NCBI RefSeq assembly: GCF_004010195.1
Contig: NC_057718.1
Coordinates: 86,292,534 to 86,356,533 of the forward strand
DNA: 64,000 bases
Direction of reading: 5' to 3'
From: Chiloscyllium plagiosum
Lineage: Eukaryota
Each line of letters begins with the position of its first letter. The stretch's first letter is position 1. Shown here piece after piece: positions 1 to 13,424 of this stretch. The translations under genes were made by a program, and so were the position numbers. Under the pieces are notes generated by a model that made no database searches, was not told the DNA's origin, and saw nothing but the letters and a program-made list of their open reading frames with translations.

Positions 1-830
1 AAATTCAATCATATTATGATCACTGCCTCCGAAGGGTTCCTTCAGCTTAAGCTTCCTCATCGAGTCTGCCTCATCGCACAACACTAAATCCAGTATTGAC
101 TGTTTCCACCATAAGCTGCTCCAACACGCCATCTCGGAGACATTCCACAATCCCCGACCAAACTGATGTCAGCAGTCCACCTGCATATTGCAATCCCCCA
201 TGATCACTCTCACTCTGCCATTCCTACACATTTTTTCCAGGTGTATCCTGCACCCAGCTCCTGTCTACTATCTGTAGATCTGTACAGAACTCCAACTATG
301 GGTATTTTACCTCTGCAGTTCCTCAATTCTCCCCACACAGATTCTACACCATCTGACCCTGCTTTGTTTCTTACTACTGATATAATTTCATTTCTTCCTA
401 ATAAGGCATCCCCACTCCCTCTGCCCTCCTGCCTATCTTTTCGATCGGGTGTATATCCTTGAATATTGAGCTGCCCATCCTGATCCCCTTGCAGCCATGT
501 CTCCGTGATGCTCACCACGTCATACCTGCCCATTTTGATCTTTGCCACAAGCTCATTTACCGTATTCCTTATACTGCGTGGGTTCAGATGGAACACCTTC
601 ACTCCTGTATTAACCGGCCCTCTTCTCATTGTCAATCGTTTGTCCAGTTTGCTTAAAGACTGATTGCTCACCCTTTCCATACCCTCTGTCCTGTCTGTGC
701 TGGAGATTTTAATCACCTCTCCTGAGTTCTGCGCTCTTACCTCCTCCTTTTATTTGGGTTTTCTAATTTCCCCGATAACTGACCACTCCCTCTCTCCTAT
801 TTAGTTTCAAGCCCTGTCTGCAGTCGTGGT
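1..830 (-). mobile_element. CR1/HER1-type LINE fragment, APE endonuclease region of ORF2
   Basis: ORF 210..716 has 'LNPRSIRN..YDVVSITETWL..LNIQGY..RKDR..GRG', typical of the CR1 ORF2 N-terminus. Confidence 0.85.
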
Positions 831-1125
831 TTTGTGATTCACTCAGACTGTGGTCCCAGCACGGTTCAGATGAAGACCATCCCATTAGAACAGTTCACTT
901 CCTCCCCAGTACTGGTGTCAATGTCCCATAAATACAAACCCATTTCTCTCACACCAAGCTTTGAACCGCACTTTTACCTATTTCATTCTAAGGTGACTCA
1001 TACCTTTGAGTTTTCATGCCTCCAGCTGTTTGTAATCATCAGACAGAGATCTTTACAGTGGTCCATTAGCTCCTGTCCAACACTGTATGATGGTGGGAAC
1101 ATTTGCAAAGGTTTGGTGTGCTCAC

Positions 1126-1232
1126 CATCCAAGCATGGTGTCCTGAAGAAGGGCTAATGCCTGAAACGTCGATTCTCCTGTTCCCTGGATGCTGCCTGAC
1201 GTGCTGCGCTTCTCCAGCAACACATTTCCATC
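1126..1232 (+). mobile_element. ~107-bp Penelope-like terminal-repeat insertion with minimal hammerhead ribozyme motif
   Basis: CTGAAGA-agggctaatgcct-GAAA-CGTC; 9-bp TSD tgtgctcac (1117-1125/1233-1241); empty site in the paralogous region near 51910. Confidence 0.8.
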
Positions 1233-1239
1233 TGTGCTC

Positions 1240-1900
1240 ACATCTACATCACTTTCACAACAGATGAGGTTCACCAGGCAGGAAGATGGCCACAGGATTC
1301 AGGAATCTTGCTGGATTCTCAAAACTGGAAGGTGTCATCGATTACAAGCATGTTGCTGTTGAGGTTTCAGTGAGACAACCCGGGGCATTTGTAAATATTA
1401 ACCTTCAACACCCCTCAGTTCCATAGTGGGCAATGTACCACAGCCATTGGAGAGATAGATTCTGGGAGGTAAGGGCTGTCTATTGAAGAGATTGCTCATG
1501 ACCCCAGTGACACAAAGATCAGATGTTGAGTGACATTGCAATACGATTCACACAAACACCAAGGTGATCTGTCAAAAGGATTGACATCCTGCTGAACTCC
1601 ACAATGTCACCTCAAGCTATGACCATTGCCATTGTGTATATGGCAAAGATAAGGTCTATTGAAGAGATTGCTCATGACCCCAGTGACACAAAGATCAGAT
1701 GTTGAGTGACATTGCAATACGATTCACACAAACACCAAGGTGATCTGTCAAAAGGATTGACATCCTGCTGAACTCCACAATGTCACCTCAAGCTATGACC
1801 ATTGCCATTGTGTATATGGCAAAGATAAGGCAGGCACTGAAAAGGATGCTGGGACACACACCATCAACACGCCCAGGTTAGTAAACCCTCAAGTCAACAT
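1240..1900 (+). mobile_element. Decayed PIF/Harbinger transposase (HARBI1-like), copy 1
   Basis: Translates GFRNLAGFSKLEGVIDYKHVAV..PGAFVN; paralogous to 51930-52400 with an internal deletion near 1400. Confidence 0.7.
1478..1829. repeat. Perfect 176-bp tandem duplication (2 copies)
   Basis: gtctattgaagag...ggcaaagataag starts at 1478 and again at 1654; single copy in the paralog near 52255-52440. Confidence 0.9.
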
Positions 1901-2454
1901 CTATCCATAAGACCAGCCAAATGAATGAAAACAATAACTACACATCCATCCTCATGTGCATGTATTTAATGAAGGTTATCAGCAATACCATTCCTGTAAA
2001 GTCATCATAAATTCAGTGTGATTTCTTACATTGTTCCTGCCTGCTGCACTGTAGCCTTCCCCATGTGCTGCCAGTGGTCCTGGAGGCAGGCGGCTGACTC
2101 TAATATCCCTTTGTCTGGAATGGCCTTGGGGGTGGTCCTCTGTTTGGCTGAGTCTGTCTGGACCCTAACATGGTGAGGCTCTCCTGCACAGTGTCAGGGA
2201 CCTCCTTCATCACCATGGCTCTCTGAAGCACTGGTGTCAGTGGCAGAAGGTAGAGGAGTAACTGTCCCCATCAGGAGTGCCCTGACAGGTACTTCCCGAT
2301 GGTGACTGCTCCTCCCCATGTCCCACTCTGAGGCTCACTTGGCCCTCCATACTTTCCTGACTGAGGGACAATGACCCAACGATGACTTCAGATAACCTCA
2401 TTCACTTTTCTCTTGTACATTTAGTTCAGTGACATTGCAATGGATCACATTCTC

Positions 2455-2810
2455 CCTGACCCTAACATTCACCCTCATCCTAATCCAATCCTAAACTGTA
2501 GACCTCACCCTTACTCTACCCCTAAACTAAACCCACATCAAATCCTAATCTACCCTGAACCCTTATATTAACCTGACCCCAAACCCTAATCGTAAACCTG
2601 CCCTTAACCAGAACCTGAATACTAATTAGAAACTCAAACTCAAACCTAATCTTAAACCTAGTGAAAGTCCAACCCAAAACTTAACCACAACCCTAACCAT
2701 AACCCTAAACTCTAGACCTAAGCCTAATCCTAACCATAACTGTAGACTTAACACTGATCCAAATCTGAGACCCAACCCTGACCTAAGTCTAACTCCCAGC
2801 CGAACTCTAT
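2455..2810. repeat. Degenerate (CCCTAA)n telomere-like array
   Basis: Hexamer periodicity cctaac/ccctaa/cctaat. Confidence 0.75.
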
Positions 2811-3329
2811 TACAAGTCAGCATGTATATTCCATAGCATCTGATTGATCAGCCTCCACCAGAAATTGGGATGGGCTTGTGACCACCCTCCCACCCCCTAG
2901 CCCTCAGCACAAACCCATCAAGATGTGATTCTTCATCAGACACAAGCCCAAAGCCCCTGTGTAGCTCCCTGATTCCCCTCAATGGGCAATGCTGCTCACT
3001 GAGGAGTGGTTACAGGGACCAACTGTTAATCTGTTATAAAAAAGAGATTAATGATGATGATATCTTCATCTGTGATCATTTAAGAGGACACATGCCCTCT
3101 CTGTGAAATCAGTTGAACAGAGTCACAAACGTCACCATTTCAGAGGAGATGCCATCATTCTCCCTCTTAAAATGGTGACAACATCTCCCTTCATCGACCC
3201 TTCCTTTCGGGAGTAAGTCTTATCCCTTTTAATCTCACCACGTGCTCCTGCACCTGTCCCCTCCTGTCTCTCAGCCTCCAGCCTCCCAGTGGGTCTCTAG
3301 GTGAGTGACCAACTACAACATCTCCTCCT

Positions 3330-3580
3330 CCTCCATCACAGTCAGTTTGGCCACACCTCCACTGGTCTCATTCTCTCAATCAGCCTCTTGCAGCACATCA
3401 ACCACATTAACCAGATATGCTCATATCTACTGCCCACCTCTGCCAACTCTGCCCGATAACTGAGACATAGGGGAGGGCTCACTCCTCGGCTTTGGACCTG
3501 CCCTGGACGGGGTGGATGATATCTCCACCTTGGCAAAGGGTTTGTGAAAGATGGCGCTGTCACAGGAGACACCAGGGTTA
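3330..3580 (-). mobile_element. Decayed Myb/SANT-like ORF of the Harbinger element (convergent with the transposase)
   Basis: ORF 3342..3572 'APSFT...LAEVGSR...WLMCCKRL' resembles the Myb/SANT W.EVA..QCRKR motif. Confidence 0.45.
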
Positions 3581-3950
3581 AAGTTCATGGTCTAACCTGC
3601 TTCCTCAACAGTAAAAGGTCTGAACTCTCCATGCTGCTTCCCCACAGCTGAAGGATATTTACACAATCCCACTTCCCCTCAGCTGCCAATCATGCCCACA
3701 GCCCTGTACAATGATGGCTGGAGCTGTTTGCTGTTCACGGCCTGACCCTTCTCCCAGTAGATACCCACCATCACCGTGTGCTTCACTGAGAAGCGCCCTG
3801 GCACCATGTGACTTGGGTGACCAGCTCTTAGTCCCACTGTGAAGATCATTCGGCTGTGTGAGCATGTGGACCGGGTTCTATCCCATCGACCTGCCTGATC
3901 CCACTGACCAACATCAAATCCAGGCCCATGTCCCAGCAACAGACCCAGAC

Positions 3951-4155
3951 ATAGAACATATAACATAGAAAAATACAGCGCAGTACAGGCTCTTTGGCCC
4001 TCGATGTTGCGCCGATCCAAGCCCACCTAACCTACACTAGCCCACTATCCTCCATATGCCTATCCAATGCCCGTTTAAATGCCCATAAAGAGGGAGAGTC
4101 CACCACTGCTACTGGCAGGGCATTCCATGAACTCACGACTCGCTGAGTAAAGAAA
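3951..4155 (-). mobile_element. CR1/HER1 LINE 3' end
   Basis: 'FFTQRVVSSWNALP..FKRALDRHM' plus a (catagaa)n-type tail. Confidence 0.85.
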
Positions 4156-5829
4156 TGAGACTCATTGCACGGTTTATATGCACACACAAACGAACAAGCA
4201 ACTAACTTAGGTTGTATAGCGACTCCTGCTTCTTTACAGATGCACAATGTTCTTCATCCTTAAACTCCAAGATCTATCCCATTCCCATTGATGCAAATGT
4301 TAAGGACAGATTGAAAGTAATTGGCTGAAGAAATGAGAGTGATATGAGCAAAAATGGTTTCATGCAGCAATTGGTCAGGAGCTGGAATGAGTGGCCTCAG
4401 AGTAGGGCAGAGTGCATTCAATTCAAGCATTCAAGACGAAATGGGATTGGTCTCTGAAAGGACAGTAAGTGAAAGGCTACATGGCAAAAGCTGGGCATGG
4501 CAGGGGGTGAATAGCTCCCCAACACAGACACGTCAGACTAAGTAGCCACCTCCTGTGCTCCAACCATTGTGTGATTCAGTGATAAGTTATATGACTAGTC
4601 TTAGTGGAAATAAAGTGATTTATTTCACACTGTTTCTTCATCATTGGCTACACTCTTCACAAATACTATGACATTTGACTTCTCTCTTTTTCTCTGAAAA
4701 TGCAACATCTATTCTGAAGCACTTCGCAACAGCCTGCACTACTATAGCGAGGAAAATGTTCCATATCTCTATGCTATATGATTAGTCATAATACATCAAA
4801 TCTAGAGAGAAATGGCAGTGAGCAGCTATTGCAAGAATTTCTCTTTTGTGCTCAGAATTATCATGTAATTTGTTTAAAATATTGTAGTTGCCTAAAGCAT
4901 GTTCACTCCAGTAGTTGGGGAACTGCAGTATAACAAAATCAAAGAGATTACTGTTCCTGTTAGAGCAGAATAACTTTGTAGAGGTACATGACAACACAAT
5001 GTAATTGCTGCAAACCTATGATTTTGTTTCCAGAATTCACTTAGAACAATTCTCCAACAAAGCTATCTACTACCCATTAATGTTTGCATGTGGCTCATTC
5101 TGTTTATCAAAATTGTACATTTCTAGTGAAATTTACTGCTTTCTTCCTGTCAACAACAAAATTAACCATTGTTAGGAGTCTAAATAGCATTCTTTGTAGT
5201 ACTTACTTTTGAAATGTTAGTTACAGATTATTTAGCAATCACAAGTGGAGGATGGGCTTTTTAAACCTTAGCAACTTATGATTGGCCATTTTAAGTGCCT
5301 TTCTTGCATTCAGTGGAATTGATTAAACCAAAATAAAATATAAATTGTCTATTATTTTCATCAGAAAATGTTGATAATTGGACCAGTCCAAAAGTGAATT
5401 GAACCTACCTCTGCCATACTCTCAGGCAGCTGTTGGAAATTCTGGAAAGGGTGAAAATAGATAAGTCCCCTGGGCCTAATGGCATTTATCCTAGGATTGT
5501 CTGGGAAGCAAGGGAGGAGATTGCAGAGCAAACATATGGCAATAAAATCCCAGTCGGAGAGAGCTTTGGGATCCAGAAATCTGAAAGTACCTATTCCTCC
5601 CAGACAAGGACCATTTAACACACGTCAGGTCACAGATTCCTCATGTCCTCATGGAACTAAACTAAAATTCACAAATTACAGCATGAGCTGTTTCTTGTAG
5701 GAACACCTGAAACTGGATCCAGCATGAGGAGAGAAAGAGGGAGGGTTTATACACTGAGAGATATATCAGGTGAAAGAACAGAGTGAAAGTGGGATTGAAA
5801 AGATAACACAACCTGCTTCAGCTTCTTAC

Positions 5830-5899
5830 CAGGAACTCCGAAGATTGCAAGAAAATGGTAGTAAGTGAAAGCTATCTGTTCAATTGTTGGTAATTCCAT
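5830..5899 (-). CDS. Exon 1 of a GPR139-like GPCR (exon 2 not in window)
   Basis: MELPTIEQIAFTYYHFLAIFGVP-G|gtaag, intact phase-1 donor; nearly identical to exon 1 at 55291-55360. Confidence 0.8.
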
Positions 5900-5961
5900 T
5901 TTCAAAGAGGGGGGCGATATCAATTGTTGTCCACAGATCTGAATCATCAGACATTCATCTG

Positions 5962-5968
5962 TTATATA
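5962..5968 (-). promoter_or_regulatory. Candidate TATA box
   Basis: TATATAA about 65 nt upstream of the exon-1 ATG; also present at 55422-55428. Confidence 0.4.
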
Positions 5969-6226
5969 AAGCAACTAAATCTCCCCTGTGATTTTGTGCG
6001 GTTGCAGAGAGAGTGAAATTAGTTTGCAGTCTTTGAACAAACAGGTACAGTTAATTTTAATAGATATTACACAATACAATCTTCACCTACACTGGAAGAT
6101 TGAAGGAGAACAATTGGGCCTGGTCCATCTCAGGGCTCCTTGCTCACTCTCTTAGTGCTCTCTACACGGATGCTCACACCATCCCTGCCTTGCCTTGCCT
6201 TTCTCACTTTGCCCCCTCACCCACAC

Positions 6227-9200
6227 AGTCAGAGAATCACAGAGCTGTACAGCATTGAAAAAGATCTTTTCATCCAACTTGTCCTTACTGATCAGATATC
6301 CTCTATTAATCTCATCCCTTTTGCCAGCATTTCACCCATATCCCTCGAAACTCTTCCAATTCATATACTAATCCAGATGCCTTTAAAATGTTGCTATTAT
6401 ACCAGCCTCCACCACTTCCTCTGGCAGCTTATTCCATACATTCACCACTCTCTGCGTGAAAAAATTGTTCCATTGGTCCCATTTAAATCTTTCATCTTTC
6501 ACCCTAAACCTGGGTGAATGACCTTGGCTATTTACTTTATCTATGCCCCTCATGATTATATAAACCTCTATAAGGTCACCCCTCAGCCTCCGAAACTCCA
6601 GGGAAAATAACCTTAGCCTTTTCAGCCTCTCCCTATAGCTCAAATCCTCCAAACCTGCCAACATCATTGTAAATCTTTTCTGAACCCTTTCAAGTTTCAC
6701 AACATCCTCCATGTAGCAGGGAGACCAGAATTGAACACAGTTTTCCCACATCCTGTCAAGCCACTCAACCATCCAATTCTATACTCAATGCCAATAAAAC
6801 CAAGTGTACCAAACCCCTTCTTCACTATCCTATCTACCTGGGACTCCACTTTCAAGGAACTATCAACCTGCACTCCAAGGTCTCTTTGTTCAGCAACACT
6901 CCCCAGGACCTTACTATTAAGTGTATAAGTCCTGCCCTGATTTGCCTTTCCACAATGCAGCACCTCACTTTTATCGAAATGCCACTCCTCAGTCCATCAG
7001 CCTATCTGATCAAGGTCCCTTTATACTCTGAGGTAACCTTCTTCCTGTCCCTTCCAAAACCAATGTTGGTGTCACCTTCAAGCTTATGAACCATTCCTCC
7101 AACATTCACCCTCAAATCATTTACATAAACTACAAAAAGCCATGCACCCAGCACCGATCCTTACAGCACACCGCTGGTCAAAGGCCTCCAGTCTGAAAAG
7201 CAATCCCCCACCACCATCCTCTGTCTCCAACCAATAAGTTGATTGTGTATCCAATAGGCAAATTCGCACTGTATTCCATGTGATCTAACCTTGCTAACCA
7301 GTCAAATATGCAGAACCTTGTCGAATGCCTTACTGACGTCCATGTAGGTCACGTCCACCACTCTGTCTTCATCACTCCTCTTCCTCACTTCTTCAAAAAC
7401 TCAGTCAAGTCAGTGAGACATGAGTTCTAACACACAAAGCCATGTTGAGTATCCTGAATCACCCATTGCCTTTCCAAATAAATCTAAGTCCTGTCCCTTA
7501 GAATTCCCTCCAACAACTTGCCTGCCACTGATGCTAGCCTCACTGGTCTATAGATCCCTGGCTTTTCCTTACCACCTTTCTTAAATAGTGGCACCACATT
7601 AGCCAAACTCCAGTCTTCTGGCACCTCACTTCTCACAGTCTATTAAATAATTATCTCAGCAAGGGGCCCAGCAACCACTTCCCTAGCTTCCCACAAAGTG
7701 CTCAGGTATATCTGATCAAGTCCCAGGGATTTATCCACCTTTATGCATTTTTAAATGTTCAGGACTTTGTCCTCTGTAATATGAACATTATTCAAGATGT
7801 CATTATTTATTTGTCCTTGTTACATATATCTTTCATATTCTTCTCCACAGTAAATAGTGTTCCAAATACTCGTTTCGTATCTCCCCCATCTCTTGCGGTT
7901 CCACATACAGAGGTAGCCTTGCTAATGTTTAAGGGCCCCTATTCTCTCCCCAGTTCCTTTTTTGCCCAATGTGAGTTTGCCAATTTCCTGTGAATTCTGC
8001 CTAACCCTACTTGCCAAGGCTATCTCATGCCCCTTTTTGCCCCCCTGTTTTCCCTCTTTAGTATATTGATTTTTTACTCTTCTCGGGATACACTCGATCC
8101 CTGCTGTCTATACCTGACATATGCTTGCTCCTTCTTTCATCGGAACATTCACTTCCTGAATCAGAAAATGATCTTATGCACACTTAACAAATTCCCCTCC
8201 ATCCAAACCCTTAACACAATGACAGTTCCAGTCTCGGTTTGGAAAGTTAAACTTCCCGAACATTATCACCCACCAGTTCTAACTGATAACTGAGATCTCC
8301 TTTCAAATTTGCTTCTCAATTTCCCACTGATTGTTGTGGGGGCCTGGTGATCATTCCTTTCTCATTTCTCAGTTTCATCCAGATAACTTCTCCGGTCATA
8401 TTCCCAGGAAGATCCTTCCTCAGTACAACTGTAATTTTATCCCTAACCAAAAAGGCCTCTCCATTCCCTCAGTTCTATTCTTCCTATAAGCATCTATATC
8501 CTGTAAAATTAAGCTGCCAGTTCTGTCCCTCCCTGAGCCAAGTCTCTGTAGTAGCTATGATATCCAGTCCCATTTTCCCAAATATACCCTGATTTCATCT
8601 GCCTTACCTGTCGGGACCCTTGCTTTGAAATAAATGCAGTTTAATTTCTGACACCTATCTCATTCTCTGCTTTGTTTCTGCCTGCACTGACTGTTTGACT
8701 TGTTCCTTTCCCCAGCTGCAACAGTCTCAGTCCGATCTCTTTTCTCATTGATCTCTCTGGGTCCCATCTTGTGCCCCTGACTAATTTAAATCCTCCCGAG
8801 AAGCCCCAACAAATCTTCCCAACAGTTTATTAGTCCCCTTACAATTCAGATACAATCTGTCTTTCTTATACAGGTCAATCCACACCAGAAAAATTCCAGT
8901 GATCCAAAAATGTGAATCCTTCTCCCCTGCAACAGCTCTTCGGCCACGTATTCATCTGCTCTATCCTCATATTCCTACCCTCACGAGCATATAGCAATGG
9001 GTGTAATCGAGACTTTACTCCCCTCAAGGACCTACTTTTTAACTCCTGCCTTATTTCCTGTATATTCTTCTCAGAACATCATCCTCTTCTTTTCCTATAT
9101 CGTTGGTTCCAATGTGCACAACAACCTCCTGCTGGTTCCTCTCTCCTTTAAGAATATTCTGAACTGACTCTGAGATATTCTTGACCCTGGAACCAGGGAG

Positions 9201-9264
9201 AAAACACACCATTCTGATGTCCTGTTATCAACCGCAGAAACCTCTGTCTGTGCCTGAGTCACAT
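6227..9264 (-). mobile_element. ~3-kb degraded CR1/HER1-type LINE (end of ORF1, endonuclease, RT, 3' end)
   Basis: 'CVQFWSP..KLERVQKRFT..RRLRGDLIEVY..FFTQRVVNVWNKLP'; absent from the paralogous site near 55685. Confidence 0.9.
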
Positions 9265-10914
9265 AAAGACTCACAATATTTCTGTTGTGTCTTCCCTTTG
9301 GTGCAGACACAAAGCCAGACAGTTTGTTGTAGCTTCCAGCCGTCATCAGTCAAGGGAGCGGACATGTTGCTGTGCAGCACCGCACTACATCGATCTTACA
9401 CCCGCACCATGTGACAACAGTGTCCAGTTTGTATGAATGATGTCATCCAAAATGGAATAAAATGAATGGAACGATATTGGTATCATTGACAGTCACACAT
9501 TACACCCCATGAGACACACATCGACACTTCCTTGGCAAGTCTTCTGTGCCTAGATTTCTTCTCTCGTTAGAGAGCTAATTGGTCCTCCCCAATTTACTCA
9601 ACCTCGCTGTATCTCTCTCTAAACATAAATTACCTGAGCCCTTTGGTTAAGACAACAGACCATGTTTTTGACAGATTTTAGGTTTGGCTTTTCTCTTTTT
9701 ACTCATGTTTCTTTTTAGAACCGAAACCTCCCAGTTTCTGTTTAAATAATAGCTTCTTTTTCAATAATTATCTCCATAGCAACCTTAGGACTGTCTTGCT
9801 TCTGGAAGCCTCTCAGCTGGGTCAAAACATTTTTTTTATCAGCTCGCACAGGCACCATGGAACTAACTCAGAGCTAACAACCTCTAACCTACCTTCAAAT
9901 GAACCAAATCTCCACATTTTTAGACCATAATACAGACCGCAGTAGAATCAGCTGTAACAATGCGTGACTTTATGAATATGTAAATACACATTTTTGGGTT
10001 TTGGGAGGGGGTACAAATCACAGCAGAAGTGGTTGCTGAATCTTTGAAGACCTGAGTGATATATGTTTTGACGAGAGATGAATGGAGTTGAGGAATAGGT
10101 CAGCCATGATCGAATTAAATGTCAGCAAAAGCTTGCCTTCTGCTTTCCTATGAGTAGCGCTGTGTCACTAACTGCAGCCCAACTATGTCTCTTTCCCTGA
10201 ACTCTAGTACCATGGCCCTTTCACCTTCCCATTGGTGATTGTGCCTTGAGCCATGGGCACCATGCTTTGCAGTTTATTCTTCTCAAACTCATCAGTCCAC
10301 TGAAATCTTTGTTCCTGAATAAATCTTTGCTCTCCTTTTCCCACTTCCTCATCCTATTTCTTCTTCACTTGCTCATCCCAGCTTTTTTTGTCTTTCTCTT
10401 TACACTTGATTATGTTTAACTCCTGAGTTGGTACAGATTGTACTGTTGTTTACATGTTATCTGCAGAACAGGGGATCCTTGGGGTTCAGGTACATAATTC
10501 TTTGAAGTTTACATCACATGTAGATATGGTGGATAAAAAGGCTTTTGACATACACACCTTCATTGCTCAGACCTTTGGGTACAGGAGTTGGGAAGTCATG
10601 TTGAGGTGAGGCCTCTTCTGGAATACTGTGTCCAGTTCTGGTCGCCCAGTTACAGGAAGTTATACTTAAATTGTGTGGAGAAATGGAAGAATTTGGGTTT
10701 GTTCTCTCGTTCAAAATTTTGAAACATTTTGATAGATTGAAGAGAGACAAAATCCATTGAACAATGAGTCAGTAACCAGATGTTAGATAAAATCTCTTTA
10801 CCCATTCCATTCTTAATCTCTCTCCTGTACTTTCTGTGTTCTGTTTGGATCGGGACTGAATGATGAAGCTGTCAGTGTGGAGCTGCCCTGCACTGTTGCT
10901 GATATTTGCCCCAG

Positions 10915-11150
10915 GAATGGCAGACAGGGGGAAATCGGTACCCCACACTGCGGGCAGGCTCCTGCTGGATGGGGTGCTGCTGATACAGGCCTTTCTCCAG
11001 CTCCAGGAGCAGGAGAGGAGACCCCGACACCAGACCATGCCAGCCCTGTCTGAGGTTCCCACCCAGGTCAGTGCAGTCTCAGCCACCTGGAGGAATGCCC
11101 AGCGCTGTCCGAAGAAGGTCAATGTCCTTCTCCACTATGCCAGGTTACGT
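10915..11150 (+). mobile_element. Myb/SANT-like DNA-binding ORF remnant (Harbinger-type repeat)
   Basis: 'MADRGK..LLLDGV..TMPALSEVPTQVSAVS..RNAQRCPKKVNVLL'; homologous copy at 36940-37170. Confidence 0.6.
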
Positions 11151-11904
11151 TGCACCGTCTTCTCTCCAATACCTCACACTCACTCTGTTTCTGCTCCTGC
11201 ACCCACCACTCACTAAGGCTCATTCTTTCCCACTCTGCCTATTGTCTGCAACATCTCCCCCACTGGCTGTTATCCAGCCCAACACCCAACACCACTATCT
11301 CCGCCTTGACTTGCCTGGGGCCTGCTGACAACTCTGACAAGCTTCCTGGCTTTGTGTCTGTGCTCAATGGCAAGGTCAGACAGCAGTGTATGAGCCTGGC
11401 TGAGAGAGAAAATGAGCAGAAAATGTAAGCCAAAACAATGGGAGGAGGAATGCTTAAGCATCCAGGTCAGCTCCGAGTGAGTAAGTGCTCTGAGAGTAAG
11501 TGGAGAGCCTGGAGGTGCAGCCTGGTCCAGTCCATGGGCTGAGTGTCTGGCCCTGAATGTACAGGGTCCTTGCTGCAGCGTTACAATGAGAATTGCCAGT
11601 GCACACCAAGGGGCAGCATTGAAGGGCAGAAGGGTCCTGTAAGTGGGCTCGATATATGATATGGGAGTCTTTGAGGCTGGCACGTGTTGGATGCCAATGT
11701 CCGTGGAGGTGGGGAGCATGTGACCAATGTCCAGGGACCGTGCCCTGAGATGTTGGTGCCCGGTCTCCAATGTGATGGTCTTTCAGACTAAGCACTGAGC
11801 TGAATCCATGACTGGATGAGATGTTTTTTGTGTGACTTGAAGTATGTTTGAGAGTCTGGAAGTTAGAAGTCAGTACTGTTGTTTGCACTTTCGAATTCAG
11901 AGTG

Positions 11905-12781
11905 TCATTATACAGCCCCCTCCAAAGACAGGACTACACCTTGACCAAGCTCAGGACGTTGGAAATCTGTGTGACTTCATCCAGGGTCCTCATATGGAGA
12001 ATTGAAGATACCATATCCAAATTACCAGCTAAGTCCCCAATTCCACTGTTTAAAGAAAATAAAATCAATTTATTTTTGAACTCAAAAAGTGAACATGAAA
12101 CAACAACTATTCACTACTCTAAGCCCCCCTTTCTCTTAACTGCTTACTGTCTGCCTCCAACTCTATAGCAATATGCTGTTCTAATAAGACACTCATTAAA
12201 ATTACATCAACTTCATTTCAAAATCACACAGCCGCTGTCGTCTTCTGTGTCTTTCTCCTTCCAGCTGAGGATCTCCCTGGGTCTCCTTCTGCCTTTTTAC
12301 TGCAAGTATGTTTCACATTTAAAGGTACATTTGATCGAGAGTGTTTCCTCATTTCTTGGAGAGCAAGATGTTAGCTCTCTATGTGTTTCTTTCTCAATGG
12401 CAATTGCTCCCTGACCAATTTTCAAAATGTCTGCATTGTATTCCCACTCAACATCGGATTGTCTCATTGCTTACATGTTGGCAAAACAATAAATTCAAAC
12501 TCGATTGGGTTTTAGTATCTCTTTGGATGCTACCTGACCTTCTGTGCTTTTCCAGCAACACACTTTTTGACTCACATAACTGAACTGATTGGCTAAATGT
12601 GAATTGTAGTCAAAACAGCAATCAAGTCAGGTATCCATTTCACAGCTGAATGTTGCACATTTTCAATTTTCCAGTATACTCTGGGATTGCCATCCATATA
12701 CACAGGTGTTCGTCGTCTCTCAGTTCAGAACAGTATTCACTCTCTCTTCAAGGTACAGTACATGCCTTCAACTTCATAACA
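11905..12781. mobile_element. Possible solo LTR
   Basis: TGTCAT...ATAACA termini, non-coding; no TSD found. Confidence 0.35.
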
Positions 12782-13032
12782 CATTGAACACCAGGATACC
12801 TTGAAATGACCTGCATAACCATGTGTGAAAAGTGCCTCTGTTTATTCAAGGTCAGGGTTCCTAGCGTTGAGTCTCTCCAAAACACACAGGATGAGAATTT
12901 CCTGCAGAATAGGTTCCAGGAAGTGGAACCCCTGAGAATACTAAATGGGTAGCCTATCTGTCAGCGGGCTAGCCAGTCAACAGTCACCCATCATGTTAAT
13001 GTATAATATGTTGATTTGAACTGAGCACCTCA

Positions 13033-13424
13033 CTACACTGACAGGCTCAAGAGCAAAGTACGGGTAAAGATTTTGAAGCAGAACGCAATACAGATAGTTG
13101 GTATAACCACACCTGTAGTCTTCTGCCTGCAATACTTCCATTTGAACTTTAGACAACAAATGCGGACAAAGCGATCCACAGTGAAAGTGACTGTCAGCCA
13201 GACAGAGCAGTCAATGTCCACATTGTTGATCACCTCATTGATACTTTGTATGGGAGTGTAGTCGAGAAATGAGAAGGGGAAGCAGCATCCAAGCATGTAA
13301 AAGATTATCACATTGAAAATAATGACCAGTAGGTCTGCTGTTGTCATACCCACCAAGTAAAGTGTGATCCCTTTGGACAGACCACAGCCTCCTCAGGACA
13401 GAAGGATAGTTGTCAGGAGGTTAA
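13033..13424 (-). pseudogene. GPR139-like exon 2, pseudogene B (truncated after TM4)
   Basis: Acceptor tttggag|TT AAC; NLLTTILLS*GGCGLSKGITLYLVGMTTADLL..TVDRF; in-frame TGA at 13393-13395, frameshift near 13075, similarity lost near 13030. Confidence 0.9.
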
